39,510 nt of DNA, from NCBI RefSeq assembly GCF_001194135.2, contig NC_068992.1, forward strand, positions 30,520,759-30,560,268. Direction: 5' to 3'. Made by a program: the position numbers and the translations under genes. The notes beneath the pieces are model-generated. The model ran no database searches. It was given only the letters and a program-made list of their open reading frames with translations, and had not been told where the DNA came from. This stretch comes from Octopus bimaculoides. Its lineage: Eukaryota. Below, in pieces: positions 1 through 12,425 of this stretch. How positions within the stretch are numbered: position 1 is the stretch's first letter; the number at the start of each line of letters is the position of its first letter.

Positions 1-93
1 TATATATATATATATATATATATATGTATACATATATATATATGTATATAACACATATATACACAAACACACATGAATGATATGTACTTCATA

Positions 94-1037
94 TCTAATA
101 ATGAAGTAGAAAGCGAATGTCAGTGTGTCACTATGTCACATTTTTTCATATATTCAACTTTACACCTCCGATCTCCTATCTAACTATTCAATGATACTTC
201 AAGTATTCCTCATGCTTTACCCCACTCACACTCTATGACTCTTCTACTAGTCTTCATTCTCGTTTTTTCTTAGTCCTAACATTTTGAAAATAATATTTCT
301 CTAAATATTATAACAGCATCAAGTAATTTAACCATAACACGTGCTTCATAACTTTCGGAACTCAAATGCGTATTGAAGAATACAATATCTCATACAAAAT
401 CCCCTTTCATAACTCTCTACCATAAAAATGTTGGAAACTTAGTATTTGTTTCAGATATTGATAAAATTTGTCGGACCTATTTTCATGCCGTCAGCCGTCG
501 GAGCTATGAAAACTAATTATTACCTTAAATATACTAATAAAAACTAAATTTCAAACACCTTTATGGTCAAATACGTTTATAGTAATTCCAAACCATAAAA
601 ATCGAACTTTAAAATAGTGTTTAGCGACAGTGGTGTAATTTTCCTTCAAACTACGAACATGAGTTTAGATACGTACCAACTACTACAAATGATTGTTTGT
701 ACGAAAAGTAATGCCCTACGTACATCAAATCGTTCTGAAAATGAAGAGGCGCCAGAAGAATTATCGTTTAACTTCTACTAAAAGGTATGTTTATTGTTGC
801 CTACTGCCAACTATATGTTGGTTGTTACAGATTAGGCAATGGAAACAAGCTATGTGTACTGACCCCGAATGGGAAGACAAAAATGTTGTTTATCAAGCAG
901 CTTTGCAATAAGTTCCAAGTCGACACATTATATCATTGCACGAAAAATATTCTTCACGTTCAATAAAATTTAATATGTATTCATTGCATGAAGTGTCATA
1001 GTTGGGCCCAAGTTCCAGTAAAATGCGGTTAAGCTAG
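94..1037 (+). mobile_element. Non-autonomous Helitron (internal-deletion derivative)
   Basis: Starts TC (94-95) after A93 and ends CTAG (1034-1037) before T1038, matching the Helitron A|T target and TC...CTRR termini. Palindrome TTGGGCCCAA at 1002-1011 lies shortly before the end. Carries a Rep-Hel helicase C-terminal remnant at 808-911. The 5' boundary is less certain than the 3' boundary. Confidence 0.65.
808..911 (+). pseudogene. Helitron PIF1-like helicase C-terminal fragment (frameshifted)
   Basis: Translates QLYVGCYRLGNGNKLCVLTPNGKTK, then after a frameshift NVVYQAALQ*. This matches the conserved Helitron Rep-Hel end (GQLYVxCSRVG...TKNxVYxxxL*). The supplied ORF 693-911 captures only the last residues. 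Confidence 0.72.
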
Positions 1038-1349
1038 TATACAATATATACGCAGACAAGGACATACATATACACATACACACACATATATAAATACATG
1101 TATACATATATACATAAATACATAAATACATACATGTACGAATATCTTTAAAGTAGGCACATGTGTAAGTTTTTTCAGCTGAAGTACACAAATTTAAGAA
1201 GGGTTGCATAGAATATACACTCACAAGCATACACACACATACACGCATACACACGCACGCACGCACACACATATTAGTATTGCAAGATTCCTCACAACTT
1301 AGAAGAACGGAATGGAATAAGTGGAGAACACACAGAGAAAGGAAAAGTG

Positions 1350-1389
1350 TTGCTGAAGAGGTCACAGATGTGTGACGAAAGATTTACGG
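1350..1389 (+). ncRNA. Degenerate hammerhead-ribozyme-like motif
   Basis: CTGAAGA (1353-1359), extra G, perfect 6-bp stem II GTCACA-GATG-TGTGAC (1361-1376), GAAA (1377-1380), near-palindromic AGATTT-A. Stem I is only 3 bp with two G-U pairs. Confidence 0.35.
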
Positions 1390-1924
1390 AAAATGCACAG
1401 GTGTTAAAATGATAAAATAACAGTAATAAACGAGTGAAAAAGAAAATAAAAACAAAAACAATATGCAGTGCGTGTGATTATTTGGCTAAAAAAGAAAATG
1501 ATAATAATAAATAAATAGACTATCCCGCAATACGATAATATATATATATATAGTTGCAAAAATTGCAATCAAAGGAACATTAAAATTCGCTGCAAAAATC
1601 AATAAATGAAATTAAAGTACAGAGATGAAGAAAAAACACGATGCCAACATAAAAAAATATATGAAGAAAACAAAGCCTTATGTTTTCTACTCGTTAATTT
1701 CATTTTAGTTTAGTGAGCGTTGTTTTCTCACTATACAAAGTCCTACATGCTCAATAATGTTGGCATACGAATGATACACACACTAACAAAACGTGTGTGT
1801 GTGTGTGTATTAGTCATTCAGACATCTTTTTATGCATGTGTGTATGTATGCATGTATGTATGCATGTATGTATGTATCTATCTATCCATCTATCTGTCTT
1901 TCTATATAGATAAATGTATGATAT

Positions 1925-2144
1925 AATGGGTGGGGGGGCAAGGAGTTCATGGCTTTGGTTAAAGGAATATATAGAGGAATCAGTTAATTATGATTTTATG
2001 CAACATATTCCTCTCGCAGATTCAGACACTTATTGCAGAGGTCCTTCAGTTTTTCTAAGTCCGTTAAAAGAAATCGCAATTCTGCGCATCCAACAAGGTT
2101 TTCCCGATAACCCTGAAGGCAGGAACTTTTCAACATCCTTCGTA
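1925..2144. mobile_element. Mariner-derived MITE (~220 bp)
   Basis: Right TIR GGCAGGAACTTTTCAACATCCTTCG followed by TA; decayed left TIR GGGGGGGCAAGGAGTTCATGGC. Interior minus strand reads LEKLKDLCNKCLNLREEYVA*, resembling the mariner transposase C-terminus (xEKLxxRWxKCxxxxGxYVE). Confidence 0.72.
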
Positions 2145-2777
2145 TATATATATATATGCTCACACGTACACGTACACACACACATATACATACATATGTA
2201 CGTAGGTGTCTATGTATATAGTTTCAATGAACAAACAAAACTTATACTTGATATTTCATGTATCATTAGGAACGTTTCATTAATGGATAATCATTCATTA
2301 AATCATATTGAAATCAATGTCAACAGTATATCTGTAGCTGATGTATTAAGATATTCTCTAACAACTATTCCTTTATGTATAAATGTATATATGTGTGTAT
2401 GTATACGTAGATATATACAACCTTACATATATGCATACATACAACCGTACATACATATACATATGACTTGCTTCGTCCAGTGATAAGAAGAAAGAAATAA
2501 GACGTAGAGAGAAAAATAATAATTAAAAAGTAAATACATAAAAAAAAACATAGCAAAGATTAGGTTAGATGGTGCGAAGTCAAGGTGACACATAAAACTA
2601 AGTGATTGTTATAAAATGTACTGAGCCATAACAAATTATAAGGGAATAAAATGAACGAACATGAAATGAACGTTATATGTAAAATGTGGCAAGTAAGATA
2701 GGCATGTTATATGAAACGATATAACATGAATATGTGAAAAAAAAAATATATATATATACATAGACGTAGGAGTGGCT

Positions 2778-3192
2778 CATAGACGTAGGAGTGGCTGTGT
2801 GGTAAATAGCTTGCTTACGAACCACATGGTTCCGGGTTCAGTCCCACTGCGTGGCACCTTGGGCAAGTGTCTTCTACTATAGCCTCGGGCCGACCAAAGC
2901 CTTGTGAGTGGATTTGGTAGACGGAAACTGAAAGAAGCCCGTCGTATTTATGTATATATATATGTGTATGTGTGTATATGTTGTGTATCTGTGGTTGTCC
3001 CCCCAACATCGCTTGACAACCGATACTGGTGTGCTTAGGTCTCCGTAACTTAGCGGTTCGGCAAAAAGAGACCGATAGAATAAGTACTAGGCTTACAAAG
3101 AATAAGTCCTGGGGTCGATTTGATTCGACTAAAGGCGGTGCTCCAGCATGGCCGCAGTCAAATGACTGAAACAATTAAAAGAATAAAAGAAT
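2778..3192 (+). mobile_element. tRNA-headed SINE, family 1 (octopus-like, CORE-like box), near full length
   Basis: A-box-like TGGCTGTGTGGTAA (~2792), B-box GGTTCAGTCC (2835-2844), CORE-like CCTTGGGCAAGT (2857-2868), internal TA/TG microsatellite, AATAAAAG-repeat tail. Inverted homologues at 10570-10947 and 21208-21526. Confidence 0.85.
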
Positions 3193-3950
3193 ATATATGC
3201 ATCACAATTGTTAAAGAGAAAATGAATGCATACTACACTACATCTCGCATACCCTGTGCAGAGATAATATATGAATAAACATGCAAATGATGTTTTAGGG
3301 GTCGCAAGTAAGCTAATGGCATCCAACAAAATGCTTGAGTTATTAACATATTTTCACAATGTGTGTTTTGTCATTTACTTCACGTAAAATAAACAAACAA
3401 ACACATTTTCATTGCTCTCTAATATGTATCAAGATCGATCTCTGAATAAATAATTATTTCAGCCAATACTTGTCATCTTGTTGTCTTTGTTTTATTATAT
3501 AATTCATACTATTTTCTCTTCGTTAGTTAAACAGTAATGAATTTTTAAGTTGTGGAAAATTTCCCTTCAATTATGAAACCAATAAGCGAAATTGTTATTT
3601 ACAGAACTTTTCAAAAGAGCAGTATCTCATGAAACTGGCTGCAACACGGTCAATTCTGCAAACCTTTATATATCCGTAAGCGTTTACTGTGAGAATTATA
3701 TTGGCATATTGCTTCATATTTCGAATTGACGTTCACTTTGTAATTTTCCCCAGCATTTAGATTTTCATACTTTTCAAAAATTCAAGGTGAGATTTTTCAC
3801 TTCGTTAATCCAACAATTAGGCGAAGTTTTATGCGTCAGGACCATACTTTGGACGCTATAACACAGAACCCGACCAAACATGTATACGCATATGTATTTC
3901 CATATATCTGTCAATATTTCTAGCTATATATATGTTTACGCATTCATATG

Positions 3951-4070
3951 TGTGTGTATGCATCTCTGTTTATGTGTGCGTGTGTGTATGCATCCCTGTT
4001 CATGTGTGCGTGTGTGTATGTATTTGTGCTTATGTGTGCGTGTGTGCATGCATGTTTGTGTATGTGTGTG
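3951..4070. repeat. 30-bp minisatellite, 4 diverged units
   Basis: Units start at 3951, 3981, 4011 and 4041; consensus approx. TGTGTGTATGCATCYCTGTTYATGTGTGCG. Confidence 0.85.
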
Positions 4071-4409
4071 ATTGTTGATGTACGTGTTTATGTGTGTCTG
4101 TACATCACACATTTTGTATGCGTTGATGTATTGAAAGCTGTCCGTGATCTTGTCAAATGAAAATATTACAGCTTTGCCTTCACAAGTTAGATTAATAAAT
4201 AAAAGTAGATCTGTTTCGATACATTCACAATATATTTATGTTCTGTGAATTATTGATAGATATGTTTTAAATTATTCTTTATAATACAAGAGTAAGTGAT
4301 GTAAAAGTGCAATATTGTTTCCATGTTACATTTTTTCATTCTGCTATAAAATTCTGTCATTGTTAAACATTTTTGATAATAAATATTTCATATAAGTGTG
4401 ACTGTATTT

Positions 4410-4415
<6 letters not shown>

Positions 4416-4485
<70 letters not shown>
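4416..4485. repeat. (TA)n microsatellite
   Basis: Direct reading. Other long (TA)n tracts at ~9483-9553, ~11590-11730, ~36680-36915 and beside most gaps. Confidence 0.95.
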
Positions 4486-4486
<1 letters not shown>

Positions 4487-4611
4487 TGCCTAAATAATGG
4501 ATTTACAAATACAATATCTCTGCATATCTCACATCTATTTTCATTCCTATAATTCACTCTCTATTTCGTATCTTATCTAGATTCACTATTGCTTAACCAT
4601 CTTATCACATC

Positions 4612-4659
4612 GTCTTCGACGAAAATATATAATAAATATCCTGGAAACAACTGTAAGAC
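4612..4659 (+). ncRNA. Degenerate minimal type-I hammerhead-like motif (Penelope-like)
   Basis: Stem I GTCT (4612-4615)/AGAC (4656-4659); core TCGACGA (5 of 7 match to CUGANGA); decayed AT-rich stem II; GAAA (4644-4647); CAACTG (one change from palindrome CAGCTG); GTA cleavage triplet. Confidence 0.4.
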
Positions 4660-6559
4660 CTTCTATTTATAAATGTTCTAAAACCTACACACCCTTGGTT
4701 TTGTATCTCATTACGAAAAGTAAATCTTTATATATCTTTATAAATCTATATATATNNNNNNNNNNNNNNNNNNNNNNNNNNNNNNNNNNNNNNNNNNNNN
4801 NNNNNNNNNNNNNNNNNNNNNNNNNNNNNNNNNNNNNNNNNNNNNNNNNNNNNNNNNNNNNNNNNNNNNNNNNNNNNNNNNNNNNNNNNNNNNNNNNNNN
4901 NNNNNNNNNNNNNNNNNNNNNNNNNNNNNNNNNNNNNNNNNNNNNNNNNNNNNNNNNNNNNNNNNNNNNNNNNNNNNNNNNNNNNNNNNNNNNNNNNNNN
5001 NNNNNNNNNNNNNNNNNNNNNNNNNNNNNNNNNNNNNNNNNNNNNNNNNNNNNNNNNNNNNNNNNNNNNNNNNNNNNNNNNNNNNNNNNNNNNNNNNNNN
5101 NNNNNNNNNNNNNNNNNNNNNNNNNNNNNNNNNNNNNNNNNNNNNNNNNNNNNNNNNNNNNNNNNNNNNNNNNNNNNNNNNNNNNNNNNNNNNNNNNNNN
5201 NNNNNNNNNNNNNNNNNNNNNNNNNNNNNNNNNNNNNNNNNNNNNNNNNNNNNNNNNNNNNNNNNNNNNNNNNNNNNNNNNNNNNNNNNNNNNNNNNNNN
5301 NNNNNNNNNNNNNNNNNNNNNNNNNNNNNNNNNNNNNNNNNNNNNNNNNNNNNNNNNNNNNNNNNNNNNNNNNNNNNNNNNNNNNNNNNNNNNNNNNNNN
5401 NNNNNNNNNNNNNNNNNNNNNNNNNNNNNNNNNNNNNNNNNNNNNNNNNNNNNNNNNNATATATATATATATATATATAAACATTTTCACATTTTCACAT
5501 GTTCACCCATACTGTATAGAGGTGAGCTGGCAGTATGTGTATAATGGTGGCCACTAAACTTGCATCTAACGTAAGAGCTTCATGCACAAACATTTTCGTA
5601 CCGGTTTCTTTTTAATATAGAGCAACACAAATAACTTATAACAATATTATACTTATTCTCCAGCTTTCTATATTCATATACATGAGCGCTATTATTGATA
5701 ATCGTTATGAAATTTTAAAGCGACTATCCAGTAATATGCATGCCTTGTTTAATATATCATTTCATTAAGCGCCTGCATTTTATTTTCTCAGACAGTAGAA
5801 AATATAATTACGACGGGTAAACATCGATTTCAGTCATTGATATCAAACTGATTCAATGATTGGTGTCTAAACATATGATATTTACGTGGTATCGCTGATG
5901 CAGGTGACACTATAGGTTATTATGTAATTCCATACTGTTTTTGAAAATTGACGAAATTTAGTATCGTTGTGTTATCAAGTACTTGTGTTCTGGCATTTGG
6001 TTCGTCATCACTTTCCGAGTTCAAAATTCGCAGAGGAATGTTGCTGCTGCTACTGCTGCTGTTGATGATGATGGTGATGATGATTATTGTCGTTATTATA
6101 CAAAACATAAGTGTGAATTACTTAGTAAGCGTGTGATGGTGAGTTTTATTGTGCTCAAGCCTTCTGCTTGCAATCCTTGCAAAATTTTGGGTAGTCATGT
6201 TCTACAGTTCGAGATTACTTGCCTAAGCTCCATTACGCATCCGCCTCTGAGGATATATGGATATTGTTCTCGTGCACCATTTACAACATGAACAATTTTC
6301 ATGTTTGTGTGTTCCTCAGTAACTCTTCTCACGCTAGGACCTCGTATTTCTCAATGTTTTCGGGTAATAGATAATACGGAATTGCGAAGACTGTGATATG
6401 AACTGCTGAATATATTTGCAAAGAGAAACGAAAACAATAAATGGTTTATGAGACGAAATATATAAGAGTCACATCAGTCAGATAGTGATGTGAAATATCA
6501 GAATATGATGTTATAGTAGACAAGCAACATGAGGAAATATATTAAAGGAAACAAATAAA

Positions 6560-6775
6560 TTAGTGTGACAGAAACTTAAGAGCGCCGGAAAATGCATTGC
6601 GATATTTGTGGCATCTCATTACGTACTAAGTTCAAGGCCTGCCGAAATCAAATTGACTTTCATCACTTTGGGATCGGTAAAATGAAATTTTAGTCTAATA
6701 GAAGGGTCAGTGGTAATTGTTGACCTTGCCACACGAAACTGCTCGTCTTGTGCAAAACATTTCAAGCCATTAATA
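6560..6775 (+). mobile_element. Decayed SINE, family 2
   Basis: TTCAAGGCCTGCCGAAATCAAATTGACTTTCATCACTTTGGGATCGGTAAAAT and CTTGTGCAAAACATTTCAAGCCATTAAT are homologous to the reverse complement of the two fragments at 12160-12425. Confidence 0.6.
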
Positions 6776-8228
6776 TCGTTGCTATTATTATACTCATAAC
6801 CATGATCAAGTAAACTCATGAAAAGTAAACTCCAAAATCACATTTTGCTGACGAATCATCAGGTAGTGAATGTAGTGATATTTTATTAATATCATTATAT
6901 ATATGCATGCACATACACGTTTATATTTTTGTACAATATTCTAAATGTTATATATGTGAATTACACTCATGTATGGATAATAAGAATGCTACCCAATATG
7001 TAAGCTTTCAAAGCGTCGCCGAACGATATCTAAAGGAATGTAAAAGATACTTCTGCATTATATATAATATAAAATAAACAATCATTAAGGACCAGGAGCA
7101 GAAATAAACGCGTATACAAGCATACATGTAAATATATAAATAAATAAATATATATGTGTGTGTGTAGGTATATACATAAGCAAATAAACAGATAAATTTC
7201 TGTATATAAGTATATATATATATATATAAATATATATATGCGTGTGCATGTGTGTGTGTGCATGCATGTATGTATATATATATATATATATATATNNNNN
7301 NNNNNNNNNNNNNNNNNNNNNNNNNNNNNNNNNNNNNNNNNNNNNNNNNNNNNNNNNNNNNNNNNNNNNNNNNNNNNNNNNNNNNNNNNNNNNNNNNNNN
7401 NNNNNNNNNNNNNNNNNNNNNNNNNNNNNNNNNNNNNNNNNNNNNNNNNNNNNNNNNNNNNNNNNNNNNNNNNNNNNNNNNNNNNNNNNNNNNNNNNNNN
7501 NNNNNNNNNNNNNNNNNNNNNNNNNNNNNNNNNNNNNNNNNNNNNNNNNNNNNNNNNNNNNNNNNNNNNNNNNNNNNNNNNNNNNNNNNNNNNNNNNNNN
7601 NNNNNNNNNNNNNNNNNNGTGTGTATGCGTAGGCATACATCACAGATGTTTACTTTGTAGCACAATTTTATGCAAAAATAGTCACTTAAAAATGAATCTT
7701 ATAATGCACACGCGGACAATTTCTTATTAATCCATATATAATTACATTTATATTCATGTATGTACTCTCCCCCGCGTATGTATGTGTGTGATTGTTTGTT
7801 TGTGTGCATGCGTGTGTGTGTGTGTGTGTGTGGGTGTGTGTGTGTGTGTCTGTGTGTGTATTTAACTGTTTTGGAATGTCTGTGACTGCGTATATCACCA
7901 AGGTTTAGCCTCGTGCATCTAGTAGTATAAATAAGAGAAATTGTAAATTGAGCGTTGTGTATTTGTACAGTATACAATCATACGTTAAATCTCCATTCGC
8001 TCTTGTTAGGCTATATGTAACCATACTTTGCCTAGAATAAACTCTCAAATTGCTTCAAGAAAGCCAGGAATATTCAGAAGCAGAGATACAAGTACTGATA
8101 TACGTATTATTCAAGCACCAGAAGCAATCTAGAAGCTACAAGACGCACACACACACACGCACAACTACTAAGTCATATACATAACTTTTATCAAGTTTTG
8201 TTTGTTGTTTTGATAAAGTATTACTTAC

Positions 8229-8288
8229 ATGGAGAGCACGTGCCATCGTTAATCGATACAATACTAGTTATCACATCTTGCTTGATAT
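8229..8288 (-). CDS. Candidate 60-nt internal exon, product unknown
   Basis: Minus-strand acceptor TTCAATGTTTATAG and perfect donor GTAAGT. Exactly one frame is open (phase 1 to phase 1): xIKQDVITSIVSINDGTCSP. No homology recognised; could be chance. Confidence 0.2.
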
Positions 8289-8725
8289 CTATAAACATTG
8301 AATGTAATCCAATAATGTTGATATTAAATATTTTCTTGTTACCGTTTTAGTGCGTATTTTCCGTTTTGTTTCGTTTGTTGTTGGTTTGCTATACAATTTC
8401 TTGTCTTATATTTGTTTGTATATACAGACATGTAGACCCCTTCAGCTGTTAACAGGTCTATGTGTATACATAATACCATCTCATTATAAGGCATCCTAAT
8501 ATCTTCGAAACATAAAGACAAAAACAAAGAAAAAACAGAAAACAAAAACAACTTACGCAAACTATATCAAGATTGAGTCGATAAACGGTTATTTTATATA
8601 ATTTGCTTACACAAATACGCAAATATACACCAAATCTCACATACGTATACACATGCATAAATAACCATACTGTTACACAAATACTGATATACACACGCGC
8701 ATGCGCGCGCACACACACACACATT

Positions 8726-8775
<50 letters not shown>

Positions 8776-9479
8776 CATATATATATATATATATATANNN
8801 NNNNNNNNNNNNNNNNNNNNNNNNNNNNNNNNNNNNNNNNNNNNNNNNNNNNNNNNNNNNNNNNNNNNNNNNNNNNNNNNNNNNNNNNNNNNNNNNNNNN
8901 NNNNNNNNNNNNNNNNNNNNNNNNNNNNNNNNNNNNNNNNNNNNNNNNNNNNNNNNNNNNNNNNNNNNNNNNNNNNNNNNNNNNNNNNNNNNNNNNNNNN
9001 NNNNNNNNNNNNNNNNNTATATATATATATAAGTGAGTGTGTCTACACATATGCATATCCACCCAAAGATATACGTACACAAACATAGAGACACACGCAC
9101 GTATGTATATATGTGATATGTGTATATACACACACACACGAACATAGAGACGGATTTACAATATATATTCATGTGTGTTTATGTGCGAATCTATACAAAA
9201 AAACCTTTGAGTATGAGTATGATTTTGGGATATATTTAAAAATGCAAGAGTAAAATACTCATAAATACAAATGCACGCTCCAATATATATCTATTTACAA
9301 ATAACGTGTTTGCGTTCAACTATGAGGCATTAACGAGTCTTTGCAATAATATTACCATTAAACAAACAGATGGGTATATTGTCTGAGAAACGCTTACGCA
9401 GCATTACTTGGCACCTGTTACTTTGTTGTGTTCGTGTGGTGCACACGTGCGTCAGCATGTGTTCGTTTACATATTGCTA

Positions 9480-9559
<80 letters not shown>

Positions 9560-10052
9560 TATATTTATATATATATATGAATACTGCTATGCATTATATA
9601 TAAAAATAAATATTGCTATGAATATATTTATACATATAAAGTACTTTAAGATGCAGAAATGCACACATACATACACACACACCGACACACACATACACCC
9701 ACACACGCAAACACACACACGTACATGCGTATATATGAAAAAATCAACCGGTGTTAAGTAGTCACCTTCATTAGCTTAACTATGGTTCATGTTTCGTAAG
9801 AAGTAGCCCAGTCAGGCATGTGTGATTGTTCGTGCAACATCCTTTAGCTTGCTTGTAGGCACGAATATGGATTTTCAGATAGCACACACACACACATACA
9901 CGCACACGCAAGCATACATACACACGTATAGACACACACACCTATACTCACAACCACATATACACACAAACACAAACACTCATTTACACACGTAAATGTG
10001 GCACAATGAGAATAACTGTCCAATATACGCAATATGTATATACCTGCACACA

Positions 10053-10113
<61 letters not shown>

Positions 10114-10569
10114 NNNNNNNNNNNNNNNNNNNNNNNNNNNNNNNNNNNNNNNNNNNNNNNNNNNNNNNNNNNNNNNNNNNNNNNNNNNNNNNNNNNNNNN
10201 NNNNNNNNNNNNNNNTATATATCTGCCTGTCTGTCTGCACAGAATTGACTTTACTTTTAAGAATCTATATTTTAGCACTTATAATATTTTATACCTCAGT
10301 ATTCGTATTAAGTATTTTCGCTATGATAAAAATCCCTCAGAAGTATTCCTAAGGATCGGAATTTGTATTTTCAGGATTTTGGATTATTTTTATATTCGTC
10401 TATAAAGTAGGTTAGCCTGGTAATAGTAGTCTTGTCTATAGGCAATATATTATCTTGCATTTCTTAAATATATATTATGTTATTGACTCTGTACAGTTTT
10501 ATACATACCACAACCAGAAAACCAACACATCGCTCTCCACCTTCAGTTATATATTTTAGCTTTAATTTT

Positions 10570-10947
10570 TCATCTTTTACTATTTTCAGTCATTTGACTG
10601 CGGCCATGCTGGGGCACTGTCTTGAAGTGTTTTAGCCGAACAAATCGAGCCCAGGACTTATTCTATTGGCCTCTTTTGCCGTAGGACTACGTTGTGTGCA
10701 CGTAGCCACATCAACAAGCGGTAGTGGGGTCAAACATAAACATAAACACACACATACAAACACACACACGCATAAAAACACACACACGTTGTGTGTGTGT
10801 GTGTTGGGCTTCTTCCAGTTTCCGTCTACCAAATCAACTCACAAGGTTTTGATGCGCTTGAGGCTACAGGAGAAGTCATGCAGTGGGTCTGAACCCGGAG
10901 CCATGAAGCTGCAAAGCAAGCCTTTTATCACATAGCCACACTGGCGT
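10570..10947 (-). mobile_element. SINE family 1, inverted copy with internal deletions
   Basis: Reverse complement of the 2778-3192 element (CATTTGACTGCGGCCATGCTGG, CCAGTTTCCGTCTACCAAATC, CTGAACCCGGAGCCATG). The CORE-like box is missing. The internal microsatellite is CA-rich. Confidence 0.82.
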
Positions 10948-11623
10948 ATTTTTTATTAAATTTTAGTGTACACGTACGCCATTCGTTTTTTAATATGGGG
11001 ATGCTTGGTTGCTTTTCTATGTTTATGTTCAGATTCATCTAATTTCAAAACAAAAAGACATCAACAAAGAAAATTGTATAAGTGTAAAATCAAAGATTCG
11101 AAAGGTGTTTCTCGATGTATAAAATGGACAAACAAAATCATAGAATAATAAACACATTTTAGGCTTTATTAAGAGACACAAAAATCGACATCGTGTTAAT
11201 TAAAATACATTTGAAGCTACATAGAATTATCTCTGCGCTACTATTGAATTTTAGTTAATAGCACCGTCACGTGTTATACTTAAATTCCATTCGAAAATAT
11301 TTATGTCGCCTCATTGAATTGCAATACATAACAGTTTTCGTCAACGTATTCAGACCGGAAAACTATTTCACGAACTATTGTTTAATTCGTCTGTAGCAGA
11401 GATAATGTAATCCAACCATGTGTGAAAACCGGTATTTCTAGTTAAATATCACAGTGATTAATCGATACATGACGATGTCCACACTCACAAACACTCACAG
11501 ACACACGCGGACACCTAGACGAAAGACTGATATTTAGAGACTAATATATAAATGTGTAGTACATACATACACACACATACACTAGTATATGCATATATAT
11601 ATGCATATATGTATATATATATC

Positions 11624-11670
<47 letters not shown>

Positions 11671-11671
11671 G

Positions 11672-11734
<63 letters not shown>

Positions 11735-12159
11735 ACATACTTACATGCATACACAAAGAGATATTCAATAGAGGTTAGAATATACGTACTTATAATAGCG
11801 TTAATACTGAATGAAATAATACCTTATGGGTGCGTCCTGCATAATAAATTCAAAGAATTTACTGCTGCAAATTTACTATAATGAAGTGATAATGATCACA
11901 TAACTGAGACTATGCATGCAAAATGCTTCCTTCGTTTTGTATGTAATGTTTCAAAAAACAGAACAAGCGATGGAGTCAAATCTAATAATATCAATCAACT
12001 GAAACTTTGGAAAATGTAGACAATGCAGTTAGATGTAGAGTTCAAAGCCAAATGTTGTAAACAAGGATTAGATTGCTTTCTTTGCAAAAGACCTAATTTG
12101 AAAATAATTTTCCCTTACTTCTTATATACTTTGACATAGGAATTTGTGTTTGTGCGTGG

Positions 12160-12313
12160 AAATACACTCAAATGGTACTTATTTTATCTCCTCGAGAGGA
12201 GGAAAAACAAAGTCAACCTCGAGGCAGAATATCGATACAGAACGTAAAGACCGACGAAATGCTGCTAACCGTTTTGCCTGGTGTGCTAACGTCCTTCTCG
12301 GCTCGCTGCCTTA
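12160..12313 (-). mobile_element. SINE family 2, 5' half (tRNA-like head)
   Basis: Minus strand TAAGGCAGCGAGCCGAGAAGGACGTTAGCACACCAGGCAAAACGG...ATAAAATAAGTACCA; related to 6560-6775. Confidence 0.65.
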
Positions 12314-12325
12314 AATGTGTGCATG

Positions 12326-12425
12326 AATATTGGTTTCAAAATCTTGGTACAATGCCAGCAATATCGGAGGAGTGGGTAAGGTGATTGCATCGACCGCAGT
12401 ACTCCGATATATTGTCAGATACTTA
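12326..12425 (-). mobile_element. SINE family 2, 3' half
   Basis: TTGGTTTCAAAATCTTGGTACAATGCCAGCAATATCGGAGGAGTGGGTAAGGTGATTGCATCGACC; homologous to 26585-26660. Confidence 0.6.

Noticed and set aside
1914-2483. 189-aa plus-strand ORF
   Set aside because: It is antisense to the mariner MITE and then runs through TA/CA microsatellites.
5596-5612. Minus-strand GAAACCGGTA resembling a hammerhead 3' half (also GAAAACCGGTA at ~11425)
   Set aside because: No CUGANGA-like core or stem I/II upstream.
5920-6291. ORFs 5920-6108, 5948-6136 and 5983-6291
   Set aside because: They are driven by GCT/GAT triplet repeats and a SINE-head-like fragment (TTCCGAGTTCAAAATTCGCAGAGG). No recognisable domain.
6619-6819. 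Protein-looking minus-strand ORF (MSLLDHGYEY...AGLELST) with a possible donor
   Set aside because: It is the antisense frame of a decayed SINE family 2 copy, homologous to 12160-12425.
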